Positions 10,813 through 24,118 of a stretch of 64,000 nt of DNA are shown here, in pieces (the stretch's first letter is position 1; each line of letters opens with the position of its first letter). Under the pieces are notes generated by a model. It did not search any database. It was not told where the DNA came from and was given only the letters and a program-made list of their open reading frames with translations. The stretch is from Octopus bimaculoides (taxonomy: Eukaryota): positions 29,292,512 through 29,356,511 of the forward strand of contig NC_068983.1 of the NCBI RefSeq assembly GCF_001194135.2. The letters run 5' to 3'. The position numbers and the translations under genes are program-made.

Positions 10813-13800
10813 CTGAAAGTGAAACAGGAGAATCCGAGGGAAAATAATGGTCTGTGTTGGTAAATAATAGAAAGTACAAACAGATCATGAACTGAATCTG
10901 AAATGTCAAACCTATCAGCTGCCTTATGGCATGCTTACTTATTCCCAGTAGTTAAGATAGTGTCAATACATTTATTGAATGTAGGGATCATAGAAAAGCT
11001 ATCTAGAATCAAGAAAAAATCTTAGGGCAGCGGACTCGCAGTCGTAGGATCGCAGTTTCAATTCCCAGACAGGGTGTTGCGAGTGTTTATTGAGCGAAAA
11101 CACCTAATGCTCCACGAGGCTCCGGCAGGGGATGGTGGCGAACCCTGCTGTACTCTTCCACCACAACTGTCTCTCACTCTTACTTCCTGTAATTCAAAGG
11201 GTCAGCCTTGTCACACTGTGTTACGCTGAATATCCCCGAGAACTACATTAAGGGTACACGTGTCTGTGGAGTGCTCAGCCACTTGCACGTTAATTTCACG
11301 AGCAGGCTGTTCCGTTGATCGGATCAACTGGAACCCTCGACGTCATAAGCGATGGAGTGCCAACATACATATATTCAATGCAGGGAACATCACAAAGCTA
11401 ATGAGAAATAATTTATATAGTAAGACGACAAACAAGAAGATAGACAGACAGACAGGTATGCAAATAGACAAACACGCATATAGACAGACAGGCAGATAGA
11501 CAGGTAGGCAGATAGACAGGCAGGTAGATAGACAGGCAGGCAGAAAGACAGACAGATAATCAAGTCAGTGTTAATACAACAAATTCAGGGATTAATTCAT
11601 TTGAACACGTTAACTGGAATTAGGCACAGGCATTGCCGTGTGGTAAAATGTTTGCTTTCCAGCCACATGGTTCTGGGTTCAGGCCCACTGTGTGGCACCT
11701 TGGACAAATGTCTTCCACTATAGCTTTATGAGTGGATTTGGTAGATGAAAACTGAGAAAAGACTGTTATATATATATATATGGGAGAAATTACGAAAAAA
11801 CAACAGACGAAGACAGGTGGTGTAAACAACAAATGAATGTATTAGTATAACGCTTGGAAATAGAGAAAGTCTTTAACATTTCGAGCCTACGCTCTTCAAC
11901 AGAAAGGAACACAGAAAGAAACAAGGAGAGAAAAAAAATATAAGTGTAGTGGTCAGTGATCTATCCATCATCATCATTTAATGTCCGCCTTCCATGCTGG
12001 CATATGACATGGGTAGAATTATGTAAAGTTAGTACTCATGAGCTTCAGGTTAATTGTCTAACTCAGGGTTCCTCAACCACTAAGCTGCAGACCAGTACCA
12101 AGCCATGAATCATTTATTACCAGGCTGCACAGAAAGTATAAAACTTTAAAAATTTTATTTCTACTTTATTGACTATCACAGTCTGCAGAGTGTTTTTGCA
12201 TTATATATGTATATAGTATATATAATATATATATGCAATAATTAAATTATATATTACACCTTTATTGTGTTTTGTTATGCACATGGTCCCCTCGGTGGAA
12301 ATATCGTCTTGCATGAAATCTATGGTGCAAAAAAGGGTTTGGGAACTGCTGCTCTACCTCATTAATCCTTCAGCATTTAAACTGGCCACATCCAGCCCAA
12401 ATAGTCTACCAGATTTGGCCTTTCACACTTAATATTTTAAAAATAAGGAATCTTTTATCTTTCACTTGTTTCAGTCATTTGACTGTGGCCATGCTGGGGC
12501 ACCGCCTTGAAGAATTTTTAGTTGAATGAATCAACCCCAGTACTTAAGTTTTCTTTTGCTAAGCCTTGTACTTATTCTATCAGTTCTTTTGCTGAACTGC
12601 TAAATTACAATGAAAACACACCAACACTGGTTATCAAGCAGTGGTGGAGGACACACACGTGCGCGTGCACACACACACACACATACACGTGCGCGCGCGC
12701 ACACACACTCACACACACACACACGCAAACATATATGATGGATTTCTTCCAGTTTCCACCTACCAAATCCACTCACAAGGCTTTGGTTGGCCCAAAGCTA
12801 TAGTAGAAGGCATTTGGCCAAGGTTGCCATGCAGTGGGACTAATCCCGAAACCATGTCGTTGGGAAGCAAGCTTCTTACCACACATTATTGAAATCTCAA
12901 TAATGCATGATAACTTCAAAATAATGTGAATAGACGCAGGCATGGCTGTGTGGTAAGAAGCTTGCTACCCAACCACATGGTTCTGAGTTCCCTCCCATGG
13001 TTCTGAGTTCCCTCCCGCATGGTACCTTGGGCAAGTGTCTTCTACTATAGTCTCAGGTTGACCAAACCCTTTGTGAGTGGATTTGGTAGACGGAAACTGA
13101 AAAAAGCCAGTTGTACATATAATATATATTGGGGGCACGGCGGTGCATCAGCATGGCCACAGCTCTAAGCTGAAACTATAAACAATATATAATATATATA
13201 TNNNNNNNNNNNNNNNNNNNNNNNNNNNNNNNNNNNNNNNNNNNNNNNNNNNNNNNNNNNNNNNNNNNNNNNNNNNNNNNNNNNNNNNNNNNNNNNNNNN
13301 NNNNNNNNNNNNNNNNNNNNNNNNNNNNNNNNNNNNNNNNNNNNNNNNNNNNNNNNNNNNNNNNNNNNNNNNNNNNNNNNNNNNNNNNNNNNNNNNNNNN
13401 NNNNNNNNNNNNNNNNNNNNNNNNNNNNNNNNNNNNNNNNNNNNNNNNNNNNNNNNNNNNNNNNNNNNNNNNNNNNNNNNNNNNNNNNNNNNNNNNNNNN
13501 NNNNNNNNNNNNNNNNNNNNNNNNNNNNNNNNNNNNNNNNNNNNNNNNNNNNNNNNNNNNNNNNNNNNNNNNNNNNNNNNNNNNNNNNNNNNNNNNNNNN
13601 NNNNNNNNNNNNNNNNNNNNNNNNNNNNNNNNNNNNNNNNNNNNNNNNNNNNNNNNNNNNNNNNNNNNNNNNNNNNNNNNNNNNNNNNNNNNNNNNNNNN
13701 NNNNNNNNNNNNNNNNNNNNNNNNNNNNNNNNNNNNNNNNNNNNNNNNNNNNNNNNNNNNNNNNNNNNNNNNNNNNNNNNNNNNNNNNNNNNNNNNNNNN

Positions 13801-14192
13801 NNNNNNNNNNNNNNNNNNNNNNNNNNNNNNNNNNNNNNNNNNNNNNNNNNNNNNNNNNNNNNNNNNNNNNNNNNNNNNNNNNNNNNNNNNNNNNNNNNNN
13901 NNNNNNNNNNNNNNNNNNNNNNNNNNNNNNNNNNNNNNNNNNNNNNNNNNNNNNNNNNNNNNNNNNNNNNNNNNNNNNNNNNNNNNNNNNNNNNNNNNNN
14001 NNNNNNNNNNNNNNNNNNNNNNNNNNNNNNNNNNNNNNNNNNNNNNNNNNNNNNNNNNNNNNNNNNNNNNNNNNNNNNNNNNNNNNNNNNNNNNNNNNNN
14101 NNNNNNNNNNNNNNNNNNNNNNNNNNNNNNNNNNNNNNNNNNNNNNNNNNNNNNNNNNNNNNNNNNNNNNNNNNNNNNNNNNNNNNNNNNNN

Positions 14193-14405
14193 GAAGAAGA
14201 AAAAGAAGAAGCAGAGGAGAAGAAGCGGAGGAGGAGGAGGAGGAGGAGGAAGAAAAAGAAGAAGCGGAGGAGGAGAAAGAAGAAGCAGAGGAAGAGGAGG
14301 AGGAGGAGGAAGAAAAAGAAGAAAAAGAAGAAGAAAAAAAAGAAGCGGAAGAGGAGAAAGAAGAAGAAGAAGAAGAAGAAGAAGAAGAGGAGAAAGAAGA
14401 AGAAG
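14193..14405. repeat. (GAA/GAG)n polypurine tract
   Basis: Direct reading; abuts a gap. Confidence 0.95.
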
Positions 14406-14714
14406 TTTTAGTTTTCAACTATAGTTTCATTCAGTTGTGTTGTGGAAAGCTGTTATTGGACAGGACAGGTCACCATTTACTTGTTTGAATACAAGGAAGA
14501 AAACTTTGGATAACATCATTATGCAAGCAGACATATGACCAAAGACATTCTGGTGACACCAATTCTGTTATTTTGTGCCTCATATTGAGTCTCCTGTGTG
14601 GAAAGAGGATGCTAAACGATGATGATGATGATGACGATGATGCTGCTACTGCTGCTGCTGCTGATGATGATGATGACCAATAAACCAAATACTGAAACCA
14701 CATAAGAAAATTAC

Positions 14715-14821
14715 CTTCAAGTTCTCCGATGTCTGCTTCTGGTTTCTTAATTTCAAAGTCTGTCCTTTATGTATGTTAGACAATTCTCTTACAACTCCAG
14801 GTAGTGCCCATCTCCCTAAAG
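14715..14821 (-). CDS. Gene 2 exon (LGRWALPGVVRELSNIHKGQTLKLRNQKQTSENLK)
   Basis: tttttttatattttag| ... aag|gtaatt; 107 nt, phase 1->0; only one frame open. Confidence 0.8.
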
Positions 14822-15391
14822 CTAAAATATAAAAAAAGTAAAAATAAAATGTTTATTTTCTGAGATTGAATTATATAAATCACACAGAATGTCATCACTT
14901 TGCAAATTATTAAGACAAAAAAGCAAGCAGATTTACAAGTGTCAGCTGGGAAGTTCATTGGATGATCAAGATACTCTCATGGAATGTGACTAAATGAGGT
15001 TTATTTTTCAACATAGTCCCCTTTGTGGTCCACACACTTCTTCTATCAGTGTTGCAATGCTTGGATCTAATTGGTGCAAAAGCTTTCATCCTGTTGGTCA
15101 AAAAGGTCATCAACATCATTGCGATACTGGTTCCCAGCCAAGTGTTTAAAACAGCAGGTTTGTATCATTATCATCATCAACACCATCATTTAATGTCTGT
15201 TTTCCATGGTGGCATGGGTTGGATGGTTTCACAGAAGTTGGCAAGTCAGAAGACTGTGTCAAGATCAGTTGTCTGTTTTGGCATGGTTTCTACAGTTGGG
15301 TGCCCTTCTTTATGCCAACCAATTTACAGAGTATACTGGGTGCTTTTAGCATGGCACAAGCACCGGTGAGATCACGACATCACACACACGC

Positions 15392-15430
<39 letters not shown>

Positions 15431-15450
15431 AACACATGCGTACACTTATA

Positions 15451-15642
15451 CGAGGGATGCTGAAAAGTTCCTAGCATTAAGGTTCTCATGAAAAGCTGGT
15501 TTGGAGGCCTCACCTTCCAAGTTCTTTTTCAGGGCTTAGAAAAACTGAAGGACCACTGCAATTGATATGCAAATTTGAGTGAATCTGTGAATCCTCCTGT
15601 ATTTTCTTTTACCCAAAACCAGGAACTTTTCAGCACCCACTC
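15451..15642. mobile_element. Mariner-type MITE
   Basis: Imperfect TIRs CGAGGGATGCTGAAAAGTTCCT / AGGAACTTTTCAGCACCCACTC; TA at the left end. Confidence 0.55.
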
Positions 15643-16255
15643 AAATTCGATGACTGGCACCTGTGCCAGTGGAGCGCTAAGAGCACCGTCTGAGTGTGAT
15701 CATTGCCAGAGCAGCTGTCTGGCGTCCGTGCCAGTGGCACATAAAAGCACCCACTACACTCTCGGAGTGGTTGGTGTTTCGAAACCCGGGCATTGTGTGT
15801 GTTTATTGAGCGAAAACACCTAAAAGCTCCACAAGGCTCCGGCAAGGGGTGGTGGCGACCCCTTTTGTACTCTTTCACCCCAACTTTCTTCCTGTTTCTT
15901 GAGTAACGCTGCGATGGACTGGCGTCCCGTCCAGCTGAAGGGGTGGGGAACACATACGCCATAGAAACCGGGAAACCGGGCCCATGAGTCTGGATAGGCT
16001 TTGAAAGGGCGCATAATAAATAATAAATATAGGCAAATTGAAAGTGAAAAATATATGTATTTTTAATTTTCGATAAATGTAAATAGACACACACATAAAT
16101 ATGTATTATGTGAGTGAGTCTTTGAGTTTGTTCTCCTCCACCACCACTTGACAAATGGTGTTGGTTCGTTTACATTCCCTATAGAATAATTACTGAGGTC
16201 CCAGCATTTCCACAGTCCAAATGATAAAAAATATAAAATGTATGAAAAATATTAC

Positions 16256-16318
16256 CTGGAGAAGTTGTTGTATCTTTTGATATTTGCATTGAATGGTTAT
16301 TATCAGCATATGGATCCA
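16256..16318 (-). CDS. Gene 2 exon (DPYADNNHSMQISKDTTTSP)
   Basis: ttcag| ... cag|gtaata; 63 nt, phase 1->1. Confidence 0.7.
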
Positions 16319-16614
16319 CTGAATTACAAATGGAAAAAATATAATGTTGTTGCATACATTAAGATGAACATTTTCAAATATGTATGTGTTACTCTCTCTC
16401 TCCCTCTCCCTCCCCCTCTCTCTCTCTCCGTGTGTGCATATATTTATCTGTTTGTAATACATACATAATATACAATAAGTATATGAATGTTGTGTGAGTG
16501 TGTGTGTGCATACGTGTATGTCATCATCATCATCATTTAACATCCGTTTTCTTTACTGGCATGGGTTGGACAGTTTGACACAAGCTGGCCGGCTGGAGAC
16601 ACCAGCCAGAAGGA

Positions 16615-17005
16615 ATCTTTTCCTCATCCGCTGCTCCTTTGTCAACCTTTCAATAGACGTCTTTCGGCCTTTATACGTTACTCTAGTTTGACCCATCCTC
16701 AAATATTACATCCAGGCCTCAAACCCATATCTCCAGAAAGACACTCAGCACCTGGAATGGGTTCAGCGCTTAGCCACCTGAATGGTTGCGGGCTTGTCTG
16801 AGCTGACGTATGAGGAACGTCCCCAACGGCTGAAATTACCTTCACTTGAACAACAGAGGATGTGGAGAGATCTCATCCTGGCTTTCAACATCTTCAATGG
16901 GAATGTAAACCTACCATTTGTGGAGTTTTTCACCCCTGTGGAGTTTTTCAACCTGGTGCAGCTCCCCAGGGCAAACTGTTTCAGAGATATTCGCATCAGT
17001 AAATA
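16615..17005 (+). mobile_element. CR1-clade LINE RT C-terminal fragment
   Basis: FRPLYVTLV*PILKYYIQASNPYLQKDTQHLEWVQRLAT*MVAGLSELTYEER..LKLPSLEQQR..DLILAFNIFNG. Confidence 0.8.
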
Positions 17006-17009
17006 TGAA

Positions 17010-18180
17010 GAATCTTACTGAAACACATATGGCCTTCCATTGCATACACTGTCTATCCAGCGCTTAACACTTATTTCCAGGACCTCGATGTAGCAGAGTT
17101 AACTCTAAGGCCTTGTGGAAAGAAGTAAGGAGGCATCACATGTCCTTCATTGCTGACCACTCTTAAAACTATGACAGTTGCAAGAAATTTTTTATGCATA
17201 ACACTTGGAATTTCAGAAGGGTCTTCACATAACCATCTGTTATTTCCTCTGTTAACTTTTTGATCTTGATCGAAGTTTTTCTCATTTGAGAAAAACTAAA
17301 TCAAATCTTTTTCTGATGGATTTTTCAGTTTAAGAGCCTTTTAGATCTGATGTAGTGATTTTCTTTTGTTTTTTCCCCAAAATTGACCTTTCCTTATCAT
17401 GGACAACATTTCTAACTGTTCCGTCTGACACATGGAGGTCTTTTGCAATTGACTTCATGGACTTTCTAGGATTGTAATCAATGGTCTGTTGAACTTGTTA
17501 GATAAATTCAGGTATTCTGATGATTTCAGAGCGTTTAGAATGTTTTTTATGCTTTGATACTGGTGATACGTTTCCATCTTCAGTCTCTAGCTCCTTACAA
17601 ACTTTGTAGGCGAAAAATCTGGCAACTTTTAAAAATCGAGATATTTCTAAATCGCTACGCTCAGCCTTTATAACCACAATAACAGCATGCCTCTTCATTT
17701 CATGAGTAAGCTGAGTGTCTGCCATTATTATTTTCTTGTGTGGTAAGTAGCTTGCTTACCAACCACATGGTTCTGGGTTCAGTCCCACTGTGTGGCACCT
17801 TGGGCAAGTGTCTTCTACTATAGCCTCGGGCCGACCAAAGCCTTGTGAGTGGATTTGGTAGATGGAAACTGAAAGAAGCCTGTTGTATATTTATATATAT
17901 ATATATGTGTGTGTGTTTGTGTGTATGTGTTTGTCCCCCCAACATCATTTGACAACTGATGCTGGTGTGTTTATGTCCCCGTAACTTAGCGGTTCGGCAA
18001 AAGAGGCCGATAGAATAAGTACTAGGCTTACAAAGAATAAGTCCTGGGGTCGTTTTGGTCGACTAAAGGTGGTGCTCCAGCATGGCCACAGTCAAATGAC
18101 TGAAACAGGTAAAAGAGAGTTAGCAAAAAATGCAACAATGACCCAAAAAAGGTATGTCCTCAAATACCTTACACACCCTG
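17010..18180 (-). mobile_element. Decayed Tc1/mariner-superfamily element interrupted by a SINE
   Basis: ORF 17498-17725 (MKRHAVIVVIKAERSDLEISRFLKVAR) plus frameshifted continuation; TA-CAGGGTG terminus at 18180. Confidence 0.7.
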
Positions 18181-18488
18181 TATATATATATCAAAGATCA
18201 AAGGTCCTTCCCAAGCCATAGACTCATAAATCTGGTTTCCGAGATTCTGTGGCATATCTATTCCCTCCTGGATGGGACACACTGGCCAATCATAGGATTA
18301 CTCATTTTGGCCAGCTGAGTGAACTGAAGCAATGTCGAATGAAGTGTTTTGCTTAAGAACACAATGCATTGCCTGATCCAGGAACTGAAACCACACTCTT
18401 ACGATCATGAATGTAGACACCCAAACTACTAAGCCACATGCCTGAGCACATTCATGCACACACACATATTTTATACATTTATATACAT

Positions 18489-18545
<57 letters not shown>

Positions 18546-18552
18546 AACATAC

Positions 18553-18590
<38 letters not shown>

Positions 18591-18596
18591 ACATAC

Positions 18597-18651
18597 ATAT
18601 AACTGGATGACCTTCCTGCAAATTATCTTCAATATATAAAAGAGAAGGAAT
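18597..18651 (-). CDS. Gene 2 exon (IPSLLYIEDNLQEGHPVI)
   Basis: ttttttgccaaaatag| ... at|gtatgt; phase 0->1; alternative acceptor would start the exon at 18626 (phase 1). Confidence 0.55.
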
Positions 18652-19834
18652 CTATTTTGGCAAAAAATCAAACTGAATCAATCATAACTACCTTTCAAAG
18701 ATTTACATCCCATTGTATTATATTAGATAATATGGTCCTAGACTTTCCTTTTTACATTAATATATATTAAGAAATTAAGTCAAAGATTGAACATGCCAAG
18801 GTTGCTTTTGATGAGATCAAAATAGTGTTGAATAAATGGTTATCAATAAAAGTCTTAAAAGCATACATAGAATTCGTCCTTACATATGATGGTATGACCT
18901 GTTTAATCCATGTATATGTTTGATCAGAGAAAACCTATGACCAAAGACTTGCTAATCATGGCCATCCAAAGTGTTTACAAACACATCGTATAATCTATCG
19001 AATTAGATTACACAATGTGGTAACTCATTTTTTTTAGACAATAAAATATGATTTGAGGGAGATTTGGCAGAATAAGTGACCACATTGAGCCTTGTTGTGT
19101 TGTAAGTGCATCATTTTTGTTTAATCTTAAGCAGTGTTTATTTTATCCACAGTGAAAATTTGATCAATTGAATCTTTTTATTCAAAGAGATTTTAGTCCT
19201 TTACTACCAAATTAGTGAGGAACCTAGTGGTGAACTGTATCACTACAAGATTATACATTTATTTATGATTTTTATCATATGATTTAATAAAAAAAGCATG
19301 TATTAGTATTGACCTGTAAAGCCCGTTAAGCGTTACTACATAGTTCAATTATGATTACTTTCTAAGTGATTGACTTGAATTAATGAATGACTATGTCAAT
19401 CCTCATGCTGAGGGTCAGGGGCCTCAGACATAGCCACCACTCCTCAACGTTTACAACACTCTCGTGCTGCGGCCGTACACCATGCCAGGTTCACTCCAAC
19501 CAGTCTTTGATGTCATCGCTCTGTTCACCTAGATCCTGAGGATGTAATTAGCAGTTGTAGTCTGATTAAGTGACCAAAAATATTGCAGTTTTCGTTATCT
19601 GACTATCGTCACAAATTTTCATCTCATAGTTTGACGGTGATGCTAAAAAATTGACTGCATAACATTCAGAATAATTAGAATTCCAACTAAGGCCCTCGTA
19701 TTTATTTTTTTCTGACACAGTATATCTATGACTACATAATCCAAAGTATTTTCCCACTTTTAGGGTTGCGCGAATATGATTTCAAAGATAATCTGGTGCT
19801 ATTTCTAGCAGGTGGAAGACTACATATAGACGAA

Positions 19835-20062
19835 TCCAGGTAAAAAAAATTCACGGAAACAAAGTCACAAGGGCTTTGTCCGGGGATGGTGGTGGTGTCC
19901 GAGGGATTTTGTACTAGGAGTTTTGTCCAGATCCCATAAATCAATTGTACCTTTTTTTCCCCGTGACTTTATTACCAGCCTCCATAAGTTAATTGTGACT
20001 TTTTTTCCTAGCCAAAATTGTGACTTTATAACTGACTTTTTTCCTGTGATTTTATTACTGGT
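19835..20062. mobile_element. Possible MITE with subterminal AAAGTCAC repeats (MULE-like, by inference)
   Basis: Repeated AAAGTCAC/GTGACTTT units in inverted orientation at the two ends. Confidence 0.4.
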
Positions 20063-20152
20063 CACTGATAAGGACACCTTCATTTAAAGCTTGTTGCATT
20101 GTTATTAAGGGCTACGTATGTTTTTCTAGTAACATTGTACAATATCACGGAC

Positions 20153-20228
20153 AAAGATGGGATTGTTTCTCCATTCAACTTTCTTCACTAATTCTGGTTG
20201 AGTTAAGTCAAATATTATGCCGTAATTG
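20153..20228 (-). CDS. Gene 2 exon (NYGIIFDLTQPELVKKVEWRNNPIF[VRDI])
   Basis: ctgtttttaag| acceptor, phase 2, open frame; donor ambiguous (exon end at 20153, 20149 or 20141). Confidence 0.5.
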
Positions 20229-20388
20229 CTTAAAAACAGAGACCAGGGAATATTGGTTGTAATCAAGCGTAACCAAAATTATAGGATGAAGTTTGTGATT
20301 TTGTATGCTATAATCTGACGTTTAGAGACTGAGACGTCTGAGAGAGAAAAAACTAAATCTATAAATCTCTCTCTTTAATGAGTCTTAC

Positions 20389-20453
20389 TGAACTGTCAGG
20401 TTCTTCCTTTCACAGCAATATACAGAGTTATCCAAACTCGAACTTCCCAACAT
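20389..20453 (-). CDS. Gene 2 putative first coding exon (MLGSSSLDNSVYCCERKNLTV)
   Basis: ATG preceded by an in-frame TAA two codons upstream; ca|gtaaga donor, phase 2. Confidence 0.45.
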
Positions 20454-23400
20454 TAATTATTTAGCTTTGAAACCGCACAAGAAAGTGAGTTGTTTTTTAA
20501 TCCCCACCCCCCATGTCAGCTGTGACTGATGTGTTCCACCTATGACCATCCTATTTTATTTTCCGGCAATGTATCAAGGTTTACGTTATTCAATGTCCTT
20601 TTCTTTTAAGGCAGCAGAAAAATTTGATTGCTATTTCCAGCAGATCTAGCGATCGCATAGAAGTTCTCACTCGGCGCCAGTAATTGAGTGTTAAATACTA
20701 AGTGTTGAGTTGAACTTTGGTCACACTGTAAATATCATTTCGCTTGCTTTCGTAAACTATCTGAATACATTAGTTATATTGATAAAATGTATGTATTTTG
20801 ACCGCAAAATTTCCACTGAAAGATGAAGACAAATCAAGAGTCTATCTTTTTAGATCATTCGTCGAATGTTTAACACTTCTGATAAAAGGTAAAGTTCATC
20901 CTTTCAATAGACTTGGAGCAGTAAAGCAAAAATTAGAGAAGAAACTGTTTCGACATTTCTTTTGTATAAAACATTGTAAAATATAATTAAAAATGTTTAC
21001 CAAAGCAAAGTTTTAAGTCAAAATAATTTTAAGAACAAAATTAAACTATTATTTTAGCGTAAATTATACAAATAAATGTTACGAGAATCTAAACTCACTC
21101 ATATTTCTGTTATCGTCTGTTTCTCAATGAATTATTTTGGAAATAAGGGAGATAACTTAGTTTTAAGATACGCAGAGTTATTTTCCATGATACCATTTAT
21201 ATATTTTAAAAGTGTTTCAGTTTGTAAGATCCATATTTCAAACGGAAACAAAGATCATCATCATCATCGTTTAACGTCCGCTTTCCATGCTAACATGGGT
21301 TGGAAGATTTGCCTGAGGACTGGTAAACCAGATGGCTACACCAGGCTCCAATCTAATTTGGCAGAGTTTCTACAGCTGGATGCCCTTCCTAACACCAACC
21401 ACTCCGAGAGTGTAGTGGGTGCTGTTACGTGCCAGTAATCAATGTGGCTAATTACTCAGATACCATCCTCACAAAAACAATCGTCAAGTTGATGCTAATA
21501 TAGTATGCATCAAACTGGTTTCGATCTCCACATTTTTCAAAATAAATTAACTCTCATGTGAACCTTGTGGTATACTTAAGCAATTTAATTCCTAGTTGTA
21601 ATTACTTCACTTCATTAATATCACTAATATTTTCGTTCAAATTTTCATGGTTGAAGCTTTATTTACTTTAGCAGCCATTTATTTTTTATTCGTTTTTTTC
21701 AGTTTCCTACAACTTTACCAGTCAGCAAGAAGTTTTATTTTTTATTTTATTTATTTAGTTAGATAAATTTGAGCAAGCCTTGATGCTGAGCACAAAGTAG
21801 TTACCGAAATAAAGTAAGACCTTGGTGTTTGTCTGTGGAATGTGGTTCTGGCTATGTTAAGGATGAGCTCTCAATAAGGTTGCTCCTTGGTGAGAGTGAA
21901 GCTTAAGATTTAGAATGAGCTGAGTACTGCTCATGCTTGATGGCTACAAGGATGAGCTATGATTGTTTATTATCATGGTCAATTGACCTGTTAGATATAA
22001 TAGCAAATTATACCTTAAATCACACCCTACAATCTAAAAAGGAAGGATGCATTAGATAATGCAATTCTAAACAAATTGGATGGTTATGCATGGAATACCT
22101 TTGATAATAGGTCTTTTTGATCAGGTTTAGCCTGAAGCAAAAAGAACAACAACATTTATATATGCTTCAAACAGCTCACCTTTTGAGCAGATGGAGAGCT
22201 TGGTGTGTTTAGGGTGGGAGAAGTTTAGGTATAAGTGTGAATGTTTGTTTGTAGTGGATGGGGGTGGTGAGAGTGAAGTGATGAATGCTGACTGAAATAT
22301 TTATAAAGGCGACTGAGGTGTCAGAAATAGTGCAGGAGAAGTGGAGGGCAGGATGGAAAGGTTTGACAGCCAATAAAGCATATATCAGAAAAGAAGCACA
22401 CTCTAAAGAATAGAGCAGTATTACAGCAAAAATTAAAATTTTGGACAGAGTTACCAAAGGTTTCGTATCCACAAAGCCAAAGCCTTATAGACAGCTCGAC
22501 AGACTCTATTCAAAGACAAGAAATTTTAGCTTTCTACATCGCGGACGTAACGAAACGCACAGAAATCGAGATATGTCTTAACATATAAAACATTAATGAG
22601 GACGAGTTGTCTCCCCTGAACCAGAGGCTAGAACAATCCTTATAGATCCGAAAAAGCCTAACCAGCAAACGGGAAGATTCAGATTGTATGTATGTGCGTG
22701 GATATATATCAAAAGCTGTTTTTTTTTGTTTTCAACCCCTGATCAATCAAAAATATTTATTCCATTCCAGATATGAACATCCCTTCTCTTTCCAACATAT
22801 AAGACTACATGATGTGATTTGTGAGAGATTTAGCGGATATTTCACGAAGACCAAGTAACTCTGTAGAGGAGGCTTCTGTTGTTTCGAGTTGGTGAAAGTC
22901 GTTCTAATCATGATTATGTAATGCTAAAAAGGTAAAGACAGAGACAATGCGTATCTTGGACTACAATAATCGACGTACTATATCCCTCTCTTTCCAAGAG
23001 AGTAGGGTGTGATTTGCGATAGATCTGGTTGATATTTCTATAAGGTTGAGAAACCATCTAGGTTTCTTTTGTTTAGACTGGTGATAAAAGAAGCTCAATA
23101 ATATTCATCTTTATCAATAGGGAGGCATTATGTACCTCGGACTATATTATCCATTTCTTTACAAGTCAGTTGAGTATGTTTTTGAGAGAAGCCATTTCTG
23201 GCAGACCACGAAGTCATGCAGAAGCACCTTAGGTTACTCCAGTTCCCTACTTCGGAAAAATCCATCACGACATGTTAATTGCCAGACATAAATATTGAAA
23301 ACTTAATTTAAATCAACTGCGTGATTAAGTAGCTGCTCATGGACAGAAATTTCAATTTTCTTACTATAGCCATTCTAGTGCACGTATGAACAAGGCCCAT

Positions 23401-24081
23401 AACTCTGCTTGCTCGTGCGAAAATGGAAAAATGGATGCAAAACAAAAACAATGTAAGTAAATCAAATATTTCATATTTATTATTTAACCGGAGGAGGGAA
23501 GCCTAAGTCCCTACAATCTGTTTTAAATAACTAACAAACCAATACTCTTTTCACATGAATTTGCAGTAGTCGATAAAAGAAATCTGGTTATACTGGGTTA
23601 TGTCCCTTTGCATGTTCTGTTGAAATCTTTGCCTTCGTCGTTCATTCTTCCAGGATCATGAGTACCAGTTAAATAGTTGGAAATTAACAAGCATACTTGC
23701 TGAGACTGTACGCTATCAAAGCTGGCCATATATAAAGTGGAATCGATGTTGAGAATGGAAGTATTTTAACAGCCAACAATACGTGTTGTATTTTTTTACT
23801 TCCATTGTTTACACACGATGACTAATAAAATTAAACTGGGAACCGTTTTATAGTGTATTTGAAAAGCTTTGTCGACAACTGATGGCTAAAATTCAGTCAA
23901 CTGTTTTTAATTAAATTCTATTTTAGTTTATATACACGCAAGAGTGGCTGTGTGGTTAGAAGCTTGCTTCCCAACATATGGTTCTGGATTCAAGTGTCTA
24001 CTATTGCCTCAGGCCGACCAAAGCCTTGTGAGCGGATCTGGTAGACGGGAATCGAAAGAAGCCCATCGTATATATACATAC

Positions 24082-24118
<37 letters not shown>

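Larger units (their letters stand above)
851..20453 (-). other. Gene model: uncharacterised ~285-290 aa protein with coiled-coil-like segments, ~11 short exons plus an uncertain last exon
   Basis: Phase-consistent chain of AG-GT/GC exons that stays open across all junctions; no family recognised. The 5' exons and the 5390-5442 exon are less certain. Confidence 0.75.
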
